Source: Candidatus Xenobia bacterium
Lineage (GTDB): Bacteria > Vulcanimicrobiota > Xenobia > Xenobiales > QWHO01
Assembly (NCBI GenBank): GCA_045863235.1
Contig: BTUM01000029.1
Location: 17,803 to 81,802, forward strand
Direction: 5' to 3'
Length of the DNA: 64,000 bases
A model generated the notes under the pieces. It had not been told where the DNA came from and did not search any database. It saw nothing but the letters and a program-made list of their open reading frames with translations. The translations under genes were made by a program, and so were the position numbers. Positions 12,435 through 22,010 of the stretch are shown here, piece by piece; position 1 is the stretch's first letter, and every line of letters begins with the position of its first letter.

Positions 12435-14706
12435 CCTGCTCGAGCAGAGCCGTACCCGCGACGCGCTGAAAGCCGCCCTGGCACGCTCGAAGGAGCGCCC
12501 CATCCGGGGACTGCTGCCCACCCTGGCCTTCCTCAACGAGGAGCGCAGGCTGGGGCTGCGGTGGATCCACCGCCTGTGCGACGAGGACGAGAACGTGCCC
12601 CAGCTCTGCCGACTGGCTCACCTGGCGGCCCAGGTGGGAGCCTTCAAGCTGGCCGACCGCTGTCTGGAGAAAGCCCGCCGCCTGGGGAGCGAGGAAGGCT
12701 TGCTGCGGGCCGAGGAGCTGCGCCAGGCCCGTCTGCGGGGTAAGTTCCGCCAGGCCTACCGGCTGGCCGAAGACCCCGAGGAGAAGGCATCCCTGGCTGC
12801 CCGGCTGGGCAAGATGGAGCAGGCCCTGGACCTCTACGCCCGCGTTGGCGGCGCCTACGGCCATCACCAGCGGGCCGAGGTGTTTCTACGCCGGGGCGAT
12901 CAGGGGGCTGCCCGCCGGGAGCTGAAGAAGGCGCTCCAGGAAGACCCGGGCTACCTCTGGTCGCGCTGGCGCCAGGCCCAGGCGCTGGCCCTCAAAGGGG
13001 ATCTCCCCGCCGCTCTGGCCGAGTTGGAGCGGATCGACCCCGACTTTCTCCAGCGCGCCGACCTCTTGCGCGCCGCCTGGCTCGAGCGCCTCGAGCGGCA
13101 CGAGGAGGCCGAGCGGTTGCGCCGTCCGTACGCCTCGCCGCTGGTGCTGAGGAGGCTGCGCGAGCTGCGCGCCGGGGGACTGATGGAGTGGCGCCAGTAC
13201 AGCGGGCGCGAGCGGGCCGTGCAGCTCACGGTGCACGTGCTGGGCGAGCTCGACCCATCCGGGTTGAAGGCCTGGTTCGAGCGCGAGCTGCCCTACACGC
13301 GCTGGGACTTCAAGCCAGGCAAGGTCTACGGCCTGCTCGATTTCGAGGAGCTGAGCGGGCATGTGCTGCGCTCCAACAAGCTGGCCGTGGGACGACTCTC
13401 GCGCATCAAGCGGGTTCCCGAGGAGCACGGCATCCTGGTGGTGGTGCCGGGCGAGGCCCCCTGGCGGGCCAACCGCGGCTTCGGTGGCAGCCGGCTGGCG
13501 CTGGTGGAGGCCGACCCGGAGGACCTCTACCTCGAGTCGGTGGTGGCCCACGAGCTGGGCCACGCCCTGCTCGGTCTACAGCACAACGACGGGCTGAAAT
13601 TCTACGAGGACGCCTTCTGCCTGATGGGTTACCCGGGCTCGATGTCTCCCCTCGAGCTGAGCTATCTGGACTTTCGCCAGAAGGCCGCCATGATGACCTT
13701 TCCGGGCCGGGCCGACCGGGTCGAGGAGGCCTGGGAGCTGGAGAACAAGGGCTTCTTCGACCGGGCCGAGCGCGAGTACCGCGAGATCCTGCGGCGCGAC
13801 CCGCTCGATCACTGGGTGCGCGGTCGGCTGGCCCGCCTGGCGCTGGGCCACGAGCGCCCCCAGGAAGGCTTCAAGCGCGTGCGCCAGCTGCGCCGCCGGG
13901 ACCTGAGCTACGAGCTGGCCGCCTGGCAGGGCGAGCTGCTGGTGCGGCACGGTCACAGCGAGCTGCCCGGCTATCCTGACCACGACCCGGGCGCCCGGCT
14001 GGCCCGGGGCCGAGCTCGGCTGCGCGCTCTGGACTACAAGGGCGGTGCCTTCGACCTCCACGTCAGCTACGGTCTGTCGCCCGAGTCGAAGGAGGCGATC
14101 TTCAGCCTGGCATGCCTTGCCCTGGAGCGCGGCCAGTTCGCACGCGCCGAGCAAGGCTTCAAACGCTGTCTGAAGGCCTGGCCCAACTGGGGAGAGGCCT
14201 GGCGCCGCCTGGCCCTGGGTCAGGCCGAGCAAGGCCGCTACCACGAGGCCGAGAAGCTCCTGTGGAAGGCCAACTGGCTGCAGCAAGACTCGGCCGACCA
14301 CGCCTGGCACGAAGGCCAGCTGGCCTGGCTGAGGGGCGACTTCGACAAGAGCAGGCGCGATTTCGCGCGCTGTCAGCGCTGGGCCCCGGAAGAGCAGGTG
14401 CCCCACTATCACCTGGGCTACTGGGAGATCTGTATCAACGGACCGCGCCGGGCGGTTTCGCGCCACTTCGCGCACTGCCATCGCCAGGACCCCAGCACCT
14501 TCCTGGGCCGAGCCAGCGCCGCCTGGCTGGCCGCTCTCGAGGGGCGAGGCGAGCAGGCGCGCGAGCTGGCCGCCCCGCTCTTGCGGCGCGTTCCCAGGCA
14601 CGGGCCGCTGGTCTACCTCATGGTTTTTCTGGGAGAGGCGTGGGAAGAGCGGCTGCGCGGGCTGGAGCCCAACCACCCTCGGCTGGACAGCCCGTTCCTG
14701 ACGTAA
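12418..14706 (+). CDS. TPR-repeat protein with a central metzincin-like zinc metallopeptidase domain
   Basis: 'AHELGHALLGLQHND' plus Met-turn-like 'CLMGY', flanked by TPR-like helices. Confidence 0.7.
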   Translation: MRRILDLLEQSRTRDALKAALARSKERPIRGLLPTLAFLNEERRLGLRWIHRLCDEDENVPQLCRLAHLAAQVGAFKLADRCLEKARRLGSEEGLLRAEELRQARLRGKFRQAYRLAEDPEEKASLAARLGKMEQALDLYARVGGAYGHHQRAEVFLRRGDQGAARRELKKALQEDPGYLWSRWRQAQALALKGDLPAALAELERIDPDFLQRADLLRAAWLERLERHEEAERLRRPYASPLVLRRLRELRAGGLMEWRQYSGRERAVQLTVHVLGELDPSGLKAWFERELPYTRWDFKPGKVYGLLDFEELSGHVLRSNKLAVGRLSRIKRVPEEHGILVVVPGEAPWRANRGFGGSRLALVEADPEDLYLESVVAHELGHALLGLQHNDGLKFYEDAFCLMGYPGSMSPLELSYLDFRQKAAMMTFPGRADRVEEAWELENKGFFDRAEREYREILRRDPLDHWVRGRLARLALGHERPQEGFKRVRQLRRRDLSYELAAWQGELLVRHGHSELPGYPDHDPGARLARGRARLRALDYKGGAFDLHVSYGLSPESKEAIFSLACLALERGQFARAEQGFKRCLKAWPNWGEAWRRLALGQAEQGRYHEAEKLLWKANWLQQDSADHAWHEGQLAWLRGDFDKSRRDFARCQRWAPEEQVPHYHLGYWEICINGPRRAVSRHFAHCHRQDPSTFLGRASAAWLAALEGRGEQARELAAPLLRRVPRHGPLVYLMVFLGEAWEERLRGLEPNHPRLDSPFLT

Positions 14707-14712
14707 CTCGGT

Positions 14713-15090
14713 TCAGGCCATCAGGATGTCTGCAGGGTAGCGAGCCAGTTGCGTGTCGGCAGTCAGGAGCCAGGCAGACTCGCAGACAGACTGGGCGACC
14801 AGCAAGCGATCGAACGGGTCGCGATGAATGGGAGGGAGGGCGGCCACAGCTGCGCCATGGTGAGCGGTCACCGGTAAGTGCGTGAACCCGCTCCCTTCGA
14901 CTCCGGCGATCAGATCCAGGGGGTCGACCTCGAGCTTGCCCGTTCCGACCTTGATGGCGGCCTCCCAGATCGACGCCGCACTGATCACAACGGCTTGAGC
15001 ATTCAAGATGTGGCCACGAGCCAGGGGGGTCAGTCGCGGCGAGTCCTCCAGATACCAAAGATACACCTGGGTATCGAGCAGCAGCTTCAC
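14713..15090 (-). CDS. vapC: Type II TA toxin, VapC/PIN domain
   Basis: 'LLLDT', 'SAASIWE', 'HRDPFDRLLVAQ', 'LTAD'. Confidence 0.93.
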   Translation of the reverse strand: MKLLLDTQVYLWYLEDSPRLTPLARGHILNAQAVVISAASIWEAAIKVGTGKLEVDPLDLIAGVEGSGFTHLPVTAHHGAAVAALPPIHRDPFDRLLVAQSVCESAWLLTADTQLARYPADILMA

Positions 15091-15317
15091 GACTCGAAGA
15101 GCCCGAGCAGATCGTCGGGCAAAGGTGCATCAAAGTCGTCGGCAATTCGAATGCGACCTTTCAAAAACCCGGGCCGGCGGGGCGCGGGCTCTTCATAGGG
15201 AACCAGCCGCGCGACGGGCTTTCCGGCCCGGGCGATGATGATAGTCTTTCCCTGGCTGACCTCCTCCAGCAACCTGGAGAGATGGGTCTTGGCCGCGTGG
15301 ATGTTGACGGTTTCCAA
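15087..15317 (-). CDS. Type II TA antitoxin, Phd/YefM family
   Basis: 'VNIHAAKTHLSRLL...IIIARAGKPVARLVP'; GGAGGTG RBS before TTG; overlaps the toxin start. Confidence 0.92.
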   Translation of the reverse strand: METVNIHAAKTHLSRLLEEVSQGKTIIIARAGKPVARLVPYEEPAPRRPGFLKGRIRIADDFDAPLPDDLLGLFES

Positions 15318-15584
15318 GCTGGCGCACCTCCAAACCAAACTTAGTTTAGTCTACAAAATGGGTCCTCGTCCAGATGTTGACCAAATCTTCGGGCACTGGG
15401 GCGCATGTTCGACACAAAGCTCAGAGAACGCTTCGTTGCGGTCTTGCTTGTTTCGATTTTTGAACCGCCGGTTCATTTCGAGAAAGCTTGTTCGCCATGA
15501 ATTCTGGCCCACGATGTCTCCCAGCAAGAACCTGCGCTTGATCCCGCTTCGAGCAGTTGCCCCTTTTAGAGCGAAGCGCGTTGG

Positions 15585-15776
15585 CTACAGGACGAGTCTT
15601 TTCCACCGGACTGTTTGAAAAATCCGGCAGCGCACGACCTCGCTCAGGCGGAGCACCTCGAAAACGGCCTCCCGCTCCCCGTGGTCCTCCAGCCCGGGCG
15701 CAAAGAGACCCCCCCAGCTCGCCTGCTCTTGCAGGCGCTGCCAGACCTCAAGCCTCTGGAGAGTCCACAGGCGCAT
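15585..15776 (-). pseudogene. Probable internally deleted DUF3841-family remnant
   Basis: N-terminal 'MRLWTLQ..EVW..L' joined directly to C-terminal-like 'SW..LF...EAVFEVLRLSEV....F'; only 63 aa. Confidence 0.45.
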
Positions 15777-16119
15777 CGGCCTGCCTCCGCCCCGCCTCCA
15801 GCTCGCGCTGCAGGAAATAGTTCAAGAACGTCCGCACCACCGCCAGCGTGGCCAGCTTGGCCAGGGCCTCGAAGGAGGGAGCCACGGTGGTGCCCACGAT
15901 ATCGGCTCCCAGCTGGAACTCGAGGGCCAGGGCCAGCCAGCTGCCAAAGCGCAGGCGCAGAGCCGAGAAACCCAGCTCATGCGGCCGCCGGCTGGCCGCC
16001 AGCCGCAGCGTGCTGACCAGGCCCAGCGCCACGCACAGGGCCGAAATCGCTTCCAGCAAGAACTTGAGCAGGCCGACCGCCACGGTCAGGCCGTTCTCGA
16101 GGGGTTGCAGCCATTCCAC
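15748..16119 (-). CDS. DUF1622 family membrane protein
   Basis: 'RLRFGSWLALALEFQLGADIVGT.VAPS...L..LA....RTFLNYFL.RE'; start uncertain (GTG 16119 or ATG 16182). Confidence 0.88.
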   Translation of the reverse strand: MEWLQPLENGLTVAVGLLKFLLEAISALCVALGLVSTLRLAASRRPHELGFSALRLRFGSWLALALEFQLGADIVGTTVAPSFEALAKLATLAVVRTFLNYFLQRELEAGRRQADAPVDSPEA

Positions 16120-16191
16120 GGGCTCTGGCTTCCCGGCAACCACACGGTAACCCTCCGGCAACCATTTCTGGTGCCTGTTCATGATTGACTG

Positions 16192-17862
16192 TTGGCTATG
16201 AACGTGACCGGACTGCCGACCGCCCGCAAGAAATGGACCATCCTCTACTACATGGATGGCAAGAACAACCTCTCCAAGATGATCGAGCGCTCGGCCAGCT
16301 CGCTCGAGAAGGTGGGCTCGGACCCCAACGTCAACCTGGTGGCCGAGATCGGGCTGGCCGGCATGGACGAGGTCAAGCGCGGCGAGCTGGTCAAAGGCCA
16401 GGGCCTGGCCGAGCTTCACAGCATCGGCTCGCAGGACATGGGCAGCGCCAGTACGGTGCAAGACTTCGTCGAGTGGGGCATGCAGCGCTACCCGGCCGAG
16501 CGCTACGCGGTGGTGCTCTCCAACCACGGGGCCGGGTTCCAGGGGGTGCTCAACGACGACGAGTACGGCTCCGTGGTGCAAAACGAAGACCTGGCTCAGG
16601 CCCTGGAAGCGGCCCAGCGCAACACCGGCCAGAAGATCGAGGTGGTGGCCTTCGACGCCTGCCTGATGGCCCAGGCCGAGGTGGGCTACGCCCTGCGCAA
16701 CTCGGCCAAGTACATGGTGGCCTCGGAAGAAGTCGAGGCCGGCTTCATGCTGCCAGTCCCCGGGATGAACGGCGGCATGCCGCTGCGCAAGATCGCCGAG
16801 GAGCTGCAACAGGTGCAGGGCGATCTGACCGGCGAGGAGCTCTCGCGGTTGTTCGTCTACGAAGCCGGGCGCCAGGTGGGCCGATCCAATTTCACACCCA
16901 CCCAGTCGGCCATCGACCTCAAGCGCATGGGCGATGTGCGGCAGGCCAGCGAAGACCTGGCCGGGCGCCTGCTGCAGGCCATGTCGGGCGACTCCTCGGT
17001 GAAAGGCCGGCTCCGAGCGGTGATGTCGGCCACCCAGAGCTACACCGAGTGCGCCGGCACGGTGGATCCCTTCAAGGACTACCGCGACCTGGGCGACTTC
17101 AGCCGCCGCCTGTGCAAAGCGTTCCCCGACCAGCCCGGGGTCACTGCCGCCGCCCAGCGCCTGCAGCGCGAGCTGGTGGGGGCGGTGATTGCCGAATCGC
17201 ACAGCGTGACCGCCTCGGGCACCTCGATGTTCGGCTCCACGGGCCTGTCGGTCTACCTGCCCACCCACTTTCAGGACAACTTCGGCTATTCGCGCACCGA
17301 CTTCGCGCGCGGGTCTCAGTGGTTGCGCATGCTGCGCGTGATGTCCGAGCCCGAGACCGGTTTCAGCCTGCCCAACGCCAACGCCGGGCCGCTCAAGCTC
17401 ATGCGCTCCATCGGGCGCCTGGAGCTCCCCTTCGTGGCCGCCATGGGCGGACTGGGCCCGGTGGGACCGGTGGTGGCGCTGATGGCGGGGGTGGACTCGG
17501 TCTATCGCCTCAAGGGCGGGGTGGAGAAGGTCTCCGAGGGCATCGAGGGCTTCGGGCGCAAAGGGACCACCGCCATGCTGGCCGAGGGAGCCCTGGAGAC
17601 CACCACGGGGGCGCTCACCGGAGCTGCCGCTGTCAGCTACCTCCTGGGCAATCACACCGCGGCCGCCGGGCTGGGGCTGCTCTCGCTGGGGCTCGAGCTC
17701 TCGGCCGGGGCCGTGAAGCTGGGGGGAGCCCTGGTGCGCAAGGCGGTGGACTCCACCCGCAGCGTCGAGGACAAGGTGGCGGCCACCCGCGAGAGTGGCT
17801 TCGCGCCCTCGCTCGAGCCCGCCGTGGCCCCGCCCGGAGGGCAACTGGCCCGGGCTGCCTGA
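16192..17862 (+). CDS. Clostripain-family (peptidase C11) cysteine protease with a hydrophobic C-terminal extension
   Basis: 'WTILYYMDGKNNL', 'SNHGAG' (His), 'AFDACLM' (Cys), 'ASEE'; no signal peptide; ATG at 16198 is an alternative start. Confidence 0.85.
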   Translation: MAMNVTGLPTARKKWTILYYMDGKNNLSKMIERSASSLEKVGSDPNVNLVAEIGLAGMDEVKRGELVKGQGLAELHSIGSQDMGSASTVQDFVEWGMQRYPAERYAVVLSNHGAGFQGVLNDDEYGSVVQNEDLAQALEAAQRNTGQKIEVVAFDACLMAQAEVGYALRNSAKYMVASEEVEAGFMLPVPGMNGGMPLRKIAEELQQVQGDLTGEELSRLFVYEAGRQVGRSNFTPTQSAIDLKRMGDVRQASEDLAGRLLQAMSGDSSVKGRLRAVMSATQSYTECAGTVDPFKDYRDLGDFSRRLCKAFPDQPGVTAAAQRLQRELVGAVIAESHSVTASGTSMFGSTGLSVYLPTHFQDNFGYSRTDFARGSQWLRMLRVMSEPETGFSLPNANAGPLKLMRSIGRLELPFVAAMGGLGPVGPVVALMAGVDSVYRLKGGVEKVSEGIEGFGRKGTTAMLAEGALETTTGALTGAAAVSYLLGNHTAAAGLGLLSLGLELSAGAVKLGGALVRKAVDSTRSVEDKVAATRESGFAPSLEPAVAPPGGQLARAA

Positions 17863-17904
17863 GCCGGATAATCCGGCACAGAAGGTCGGATTGTCCGGAC
17901 AATC
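17863..17904. promoter_or_regulatory. Two related palindromes, probable operator for the AAA ATPase gene
   Basis: GCCGGAT-A-ATCCGGC (17863-17877) and perfect GATTGTCCGGACAATC (17889-17904). Confidence 0.55.
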
Positions 17905-17917
17905 GAACCCTAAGGGA

Positions 17918-19066
17918 ATGATTGTCCGCCAGTTTCAGTTGCCCGACCAGGACGATCGCTCGGTCTTCCTCTGGGGCCCTCGCAAGACCGGCAAGAGCAG
18001 CTGGATCAAAACCCACCTGCCGCAGGCGAAGGTCATCGATCTGCTCCAGACCGACGTCTACTTCGAGTACGTGCGCCGTCCAGCGCTGCTGCGAGAACGC
18101 TACCAGCCGAGTCCGCTGGTCGTGATTGACGAGGTGCAAAAGGTGCCCGCCCTGCTCGACGAGGTGCACTGGCTGATCGAGAATCGGGGCGCCCGCTTTC
18201 TGCTGACCGGGTCGAGCCCGCGCAAGCTGCTGCGCGGCCAGGCCAATCTGCTCGGAGGGCGCGCCTGGCGTCGAGAGATGCGACCTTTGTGCTTGCGCGA
18301 GCTGCTCGACCACAAGCCTGCCCTGGACCTGGAGGATCTGATGGTGCGAGGCACCCTCCCGCCCCACTTTCTGGCCAGGCGACCGCTGGAAGACCTGGCC
18401 AGCTATGTGGGCGACTACCTCAAGGAGGAGATCGCAGCCGAGGGCCTGACCCGCAATTTGCCGGCCTTCTCGGACTTCCTCCGGGTGGCCGCCCTGAGCA
18501 ACGGCGAGCTGATCAACTACGAGAACATCGCTCGCGAATGTGCCGTTTCCGCCAGATCGGCCCGCAGCTACTACCAGATCTTGAGCGATACGCTGCTGGG
18601 CGCCGCGCTGCCTCCCTGGCGGGCCAGCCAACGGCGCATGATCCAGACGGACAAGTTCTATCTCTTCGAAGTTGGGGTGACCAACTTTCTCTCGCGACGA
18701 ACTCCCCGCATCGGCACCCCCGAGTTCGGCCGCTCCTTCGAGCAACTGGTCTGGGCCGAGCTGCTGGCCTTCCGCTCGTACCGTCGACGCGATCTCGAGC
18801 TCTTCTACTGGCGCACCTCGACAGGCATGGAGGTGGACTTCGTTCTGGTGGACCGGGTCGCCGCCATCGAGGTCAAAGCCTCCAGCCGGGTGCACGAGAC
18901 CGACCTCAAGGGCCTGACGGCCCTGGCCGATGACGCTCCGGTAGGTCGGCGCCTGCTGGTCTGCCTGGAGCGCGAGCCCCGCCAGTTAAGCGATCGCCAC
19001 GGCCAGGTGCTGGTTCTTCCCTGGGGCCACTTCGTGGACCGGCTCTGGGCCGACGCTCTCTGGTAG
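17918..19066 (+). CDS. AAA_14 ATPase with DUF4143 domain
   Basis: Walker A 'GPRKTGKS', Walker B 'VIDEVQK', 'LTGSS', 'KFYLFEVG', C-terminal 'EVDFV...IEVK'. Confidence 0.9.
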   Translation: MIVRQFQLPDQDDRSVFLWGPRKTGKSSWIKTHLPQAKVIDLLQTDVYFEYVRRPALLRERYQPSPLVVIDEVQKVPALLDEVHWLIENRGARFLLTGSSPRKLLRGQANLLGGRAWRREMRPLCLRELLDHKPALDLEDLMVRGTLPPHFLARRPLEDLASYVGDYLKEEIAAEGLTRNLPAFSDFLRVAALSNGELINYENIARECAVSARSARSYYQILSDTLLGAALPPWRASQRRMIQTDKFYLFEVGVTNFLSRRTPRIGTPEFGRSFEQLVWAELLAFRSYRRRDLELFYWRTSTGMEVDFVLVDRVAAIEVKASSRVHETDLKGLTALADDAPVGRRLLVCLEREPRQLSDRHGQVLVLPWGHFVDRLWADALW

Positions 19067-19107
19067 TCCTTCAGCAGCCTTTCAGACCGGTCCCCTAAGC
19101 TGGGAGC

Positions 19108-20664
19108 ATGATCGGTGCCCTGTCGCCCATGGCCAACTTTGCCAGCTTACCCATTCGGGCGACCGCATCTCGCCCGGAGCAGGGCCCGCCGGCCGAGGCG
19201 AGCCCCGAGGTGGAGTGGCTGCGCAGCAAGGTGCCCGGAGGCAAGCCCGAAGAGCTGCTCGGCCTCTACCAGTTGGGGCGCAAGCTCTTCTCCGAAGACC
19301 AGCCCCAGCGCGACCAGATGCTGGCCGAGAGCCTGCAACGGCTGCACGAGCGGATCGACCAGCCGAAGGGCTTCATGGCCGACGTCCCGCGTAACGAGCG
19401 CGTCCACATCTACGAGCGGCTGGTCGAGGCCTGCCCTCCGAAGCCCGAGTGGGTGCTCGACCACTCCGACGTCTTTAGGCCCCTGGAGCATCTGCACAAG
19501 CTCGCCAACCTGAGCGAGGAGTCGGTCCAGGGCTTCCAGGTCGGTCCCAGCGGGAACTACACCTTCGTGCAAAAGCCATCTGGGCAGCCCATCTCGCTGA
19601 CCCGGGCGGTGGACGAGTACTGCGAGCAGCTCGATCGCATCACCCATGCCCGAGGCCGCAAGTCGGCCGCCCAGGATTGGAGCGACGACCACTCCGCCTG
19701 GAGCGCGGTCAACCTCGAGCACAACGCGCTCGGTAACGATCCTGAGCAGGTGGCCACCTTCCGCGAGCTGCTCAGCTTCTACCAGTGCCCCTGGGCCTCG
19801 ATGGCCGTGCTGCAAACCTCTCAGGGGGTTGCCGAGCAGCGTCGAGCGGAGTATTTCCAGGAGCTCGAGCAGCGCATGGTCACCCGGCGCGACGAGAAGG
19901 GCTGGCCCCAGAGCCACCTCGAGGCCAACGCCGAGGGCGGCTTTGTGCACCATGTGAGCCGCTGGGTGGCCCTGGCGGTGACGGCCCGACGCGAGGGAGA
20001 AAGTCTGGCCGCCAGCGAGCAAGACCTGGAGGCGGCCGCCCGGAGCATGGACCGCGACCTCCGCCGGTGGTATCCGCTGGAGACCCTGGCGGCCGCGGTG
20101 ACGATCCGGACCCCCGAGGAGAGCACCACCAGCGCGCTCGGTCGCTTTCAGAGCGCCTACCAGCTCTTGCAAGAGCAGCCCGGGATGAGCGCCTCCACGG
20201 CCTTTGACATGGCTCGCCAGATCGGCTCGCAAAACCCTGGCTTCCTGGACGACCTGGCCGAGTGCAGCGCCTACCTGCGCTCGCTGGGTCTACCCAGGGA
20301 GCACACCGCCGCGGCCCTGGAGCACGCTTTGCAGGCCGACAAGCAGGGCCGAAGCCCGCTCGAAGCGCTGCGCGGCTACCTCAAGGGCTTCGAGCTCACG
20401 GGCGAGTTGGACGGCCTGGACAAAGTCCGCCAGCAGATCGAGGAAGGCGTCCAGACGGGGCGCCTGCAGGGCAGCTCCGAGGAGCTGATGTCACGCTTTC
20501 TCTGGCGCCTCGAGCAGCTGCAGCTTCTCACCAGCGACCGTCGCGGCTCGACTCAGCAGGCCCTGAGCGAGCTGTTCGAAGGGCATACGGCCGGCCTTCA
20601 GGTGGGCCAGGTGGGTCAGAGCTTCGTTCTGGGCGGCACCCGTCTCAAGCTGAAGAGCCGATGA
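19108..20664 (+). CDS. Hypothetical helical protein with a low-complexity leader and C-terminal FVLGGTRLKLK motif
   Basis: Long ORF with coding-type codon bias; stop overlaps the next ATG. Confidence 0.65.
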   Translation: MIGALSPMANFASLPIRATASRPEQGPPAEASPEVEWLRSKVPGGKPEELLGLYQLGRKLFSEDQPQRDQMLAESLQRLHERIDQPKGFMADVPRNERVHIYERLVEACPPKPEWVLDHSDVFRPLEHLHKLANLSEESVQGFQVGPSGNYTFVQKPSGQPISLTRAVDEYCEQLDRITHARGRKSAAQDWSDDHSAWSAVNLEHNALGNDPEQVATFRELLSFYQCPWASMAVLQTSQGVAEQRRAEYFQELEQRMVTRRDEKGWPQSHLEANAEGGFVHHVSRWVALAVTARREGESLAASEQDLEAAARSMDRDLRRWYPLETLAAAVTIRTPEESTTSALGRFQSAYQLLQEQPGMSASTAFDMARQIGSQNPGFLDDLAECSAYLRSLGLPREHTAAALEHALQADKQGRSPLEALRGYLKGFELTGELDGLDKVRQQIEEGVQTGRLQGSSEELMSRFLWRLEQLQLLTSDRRGSTQQALSELFEGHTAGLQVGQVGQSFVLGGTRLKLKSR

Positions 20665-22010
20665 GCCAGCCTGTTGGCGGCCTGGCCGAGCCCGAGGTCC
20701 GCAAGCCGGGGTTGCTCGACCCCCCGCCCCCCGCCCCACCGGTTCCCGCCGAGCAGGTCCGCCCGCTCTTTCGCTACTGGCGTTTGCGCCTGCTCAGCTC
20801 CACCTTCATCGGCTATGCCGTCTACTACATCGTGCGCACCAACCTGCCCGTGGCCATCAAGGACATGGGCCGCGAGCTGAACATCGACAAGGGCGGACAG
20901 GGCATCATCCTGACCGTGCACGGGCTGGTCTACGGGGTCTCCAAGCTGTTCAACGGCATGATCGCCGACCGCACCAACCCGCGCATCCTGATGTCCATCG
21001 GCATCCTCTGCTCGGGGGTGGCGTGCTTCACCTTTGGTCTTTGCCACACCCTGACGGCGCTGGTGGTGGTGTGGGCCCTCAACGCCTGGTTCCAGGGCAT
21101 GGGGTTCCCGCCCGTGGCCCGCATCCTCAGCCACTGGTTCAGCCCCGGCGAGCGCGGCGTGAGCTGGGGCATCTTCAACACCTCCCATATGTTCGGAGCC
21201 GCCATCGCGGCCGGGCTGTCCGGCTGGCTCCTGCACCACTACGGTTGGCGCTCGGTCTTCTTCGTGCCAGCCGGGATCGCGGTGCTGTGCTGCTTCTTCC
21301 TGCTCGACCGGCTGCGCGACACGCCCGCCTCGCTGGGCCTTCCCCCGGTCGAGGTCTACTCGGGCGAGACCGAGCTCGAGCACGCCGGCGAGCCCGAGCG
21401 CGAGCTGAGCTCGAGCGAGTTCAAGGCCTTCGTCTACAAGCACGTGTGGGCCAATCCCACCATCTGGATCCTCTCGCTGGCCAACTTCAACGTCTACGTG
21501 GTGCGCTACGCCTTCCTCAACTGGGGCCCCACCTATCTGCAGGAGGCGCGCCACTTCAGCAAGATCGCCAGCGGCGGCATGGTGGGCGCCTTCGAGGCGG
21601 CCGGGCTGGTGGGCTCGCTGGCGGCCGGAGTCATCACCGACCGGTTCTTCCCGCACCGCCGCTCGGCGGTGTGCGTGGCCTACATGCTGGGGGCCACGCT
21701 GGGCTGCTGGCTGTGCGCCCACACCGGCTTCACCAAGCTGAGCTTCATCGTGGCTGGCTTCACGGTCTACGGACCGCAATTCCTGGTAGGGGTGCTGATG
21801 GCCGACATCGCCACCAAGCGCGCCGCCGCCACCGCCATCGGGCTGAGCGGACTGTTCGGCTACCTCTCGGGGCTGGTCAGCGGCTGGGGTATCGGGGCCC
21901 TGACCGAGCGCCACGGCTGGGACGCTGCCTTCGACCTGGTGATCGCCAGCTCGCTCCTATCGGCCCTGCTCTTCGCCATCTGTTGGCGGGCCCGCGCCCG
22001 CGAGGCCTGA
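20661..22010 (+). CDS. MFS transporter, GlpT/UhpC (organophosphate:phosphate antiporter) family
   Basis: 'GYAVYYIVRTNL', 'WFQGMGFPP', 'HWFSPGERG..WGIFNTSH', 'RDTPASLGLPP', 'YGPQFLVG'. Confidence 0.9.
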   Translation: MSQPVGGLAEPEVRKPGLLDPPPPAPPVPAEQVRPLFRYWRLRLLSSTFIGYAVYYIVRTNLPVAIKDMGRELNIDKGGQGIILTVHGLVYGVSKLFNGMIADRTNPRILMSIGILCSGVACFTFGLCHTLTALVVVWALNAWFQGMGFPPVARILSHWFSPGERGVSWGIFNTSHMFGAAIAAGLSGWLLHHYGWRSVFFVPAGIAVLCCFFLLDRLRDTPASLGLPPVEVYSGETELEHAGEPERELSSSEFKAFVYKHVWANPTIWILSLANFNVYVVRYAFLNWGPTYLQEARHFSKIASGGMVGAFEAAGLVGSLAAGVITDRFFPHRRSAVCVAYMLGATLGCWLCAHTGFTKLSFIVAGFTVYGPQFLVGVLMADIATKRAAATAIGLSGLFGYLSGLVSGWGIGALTERHGWDAAFDLVIASSLLSALLFAICWRARAREA

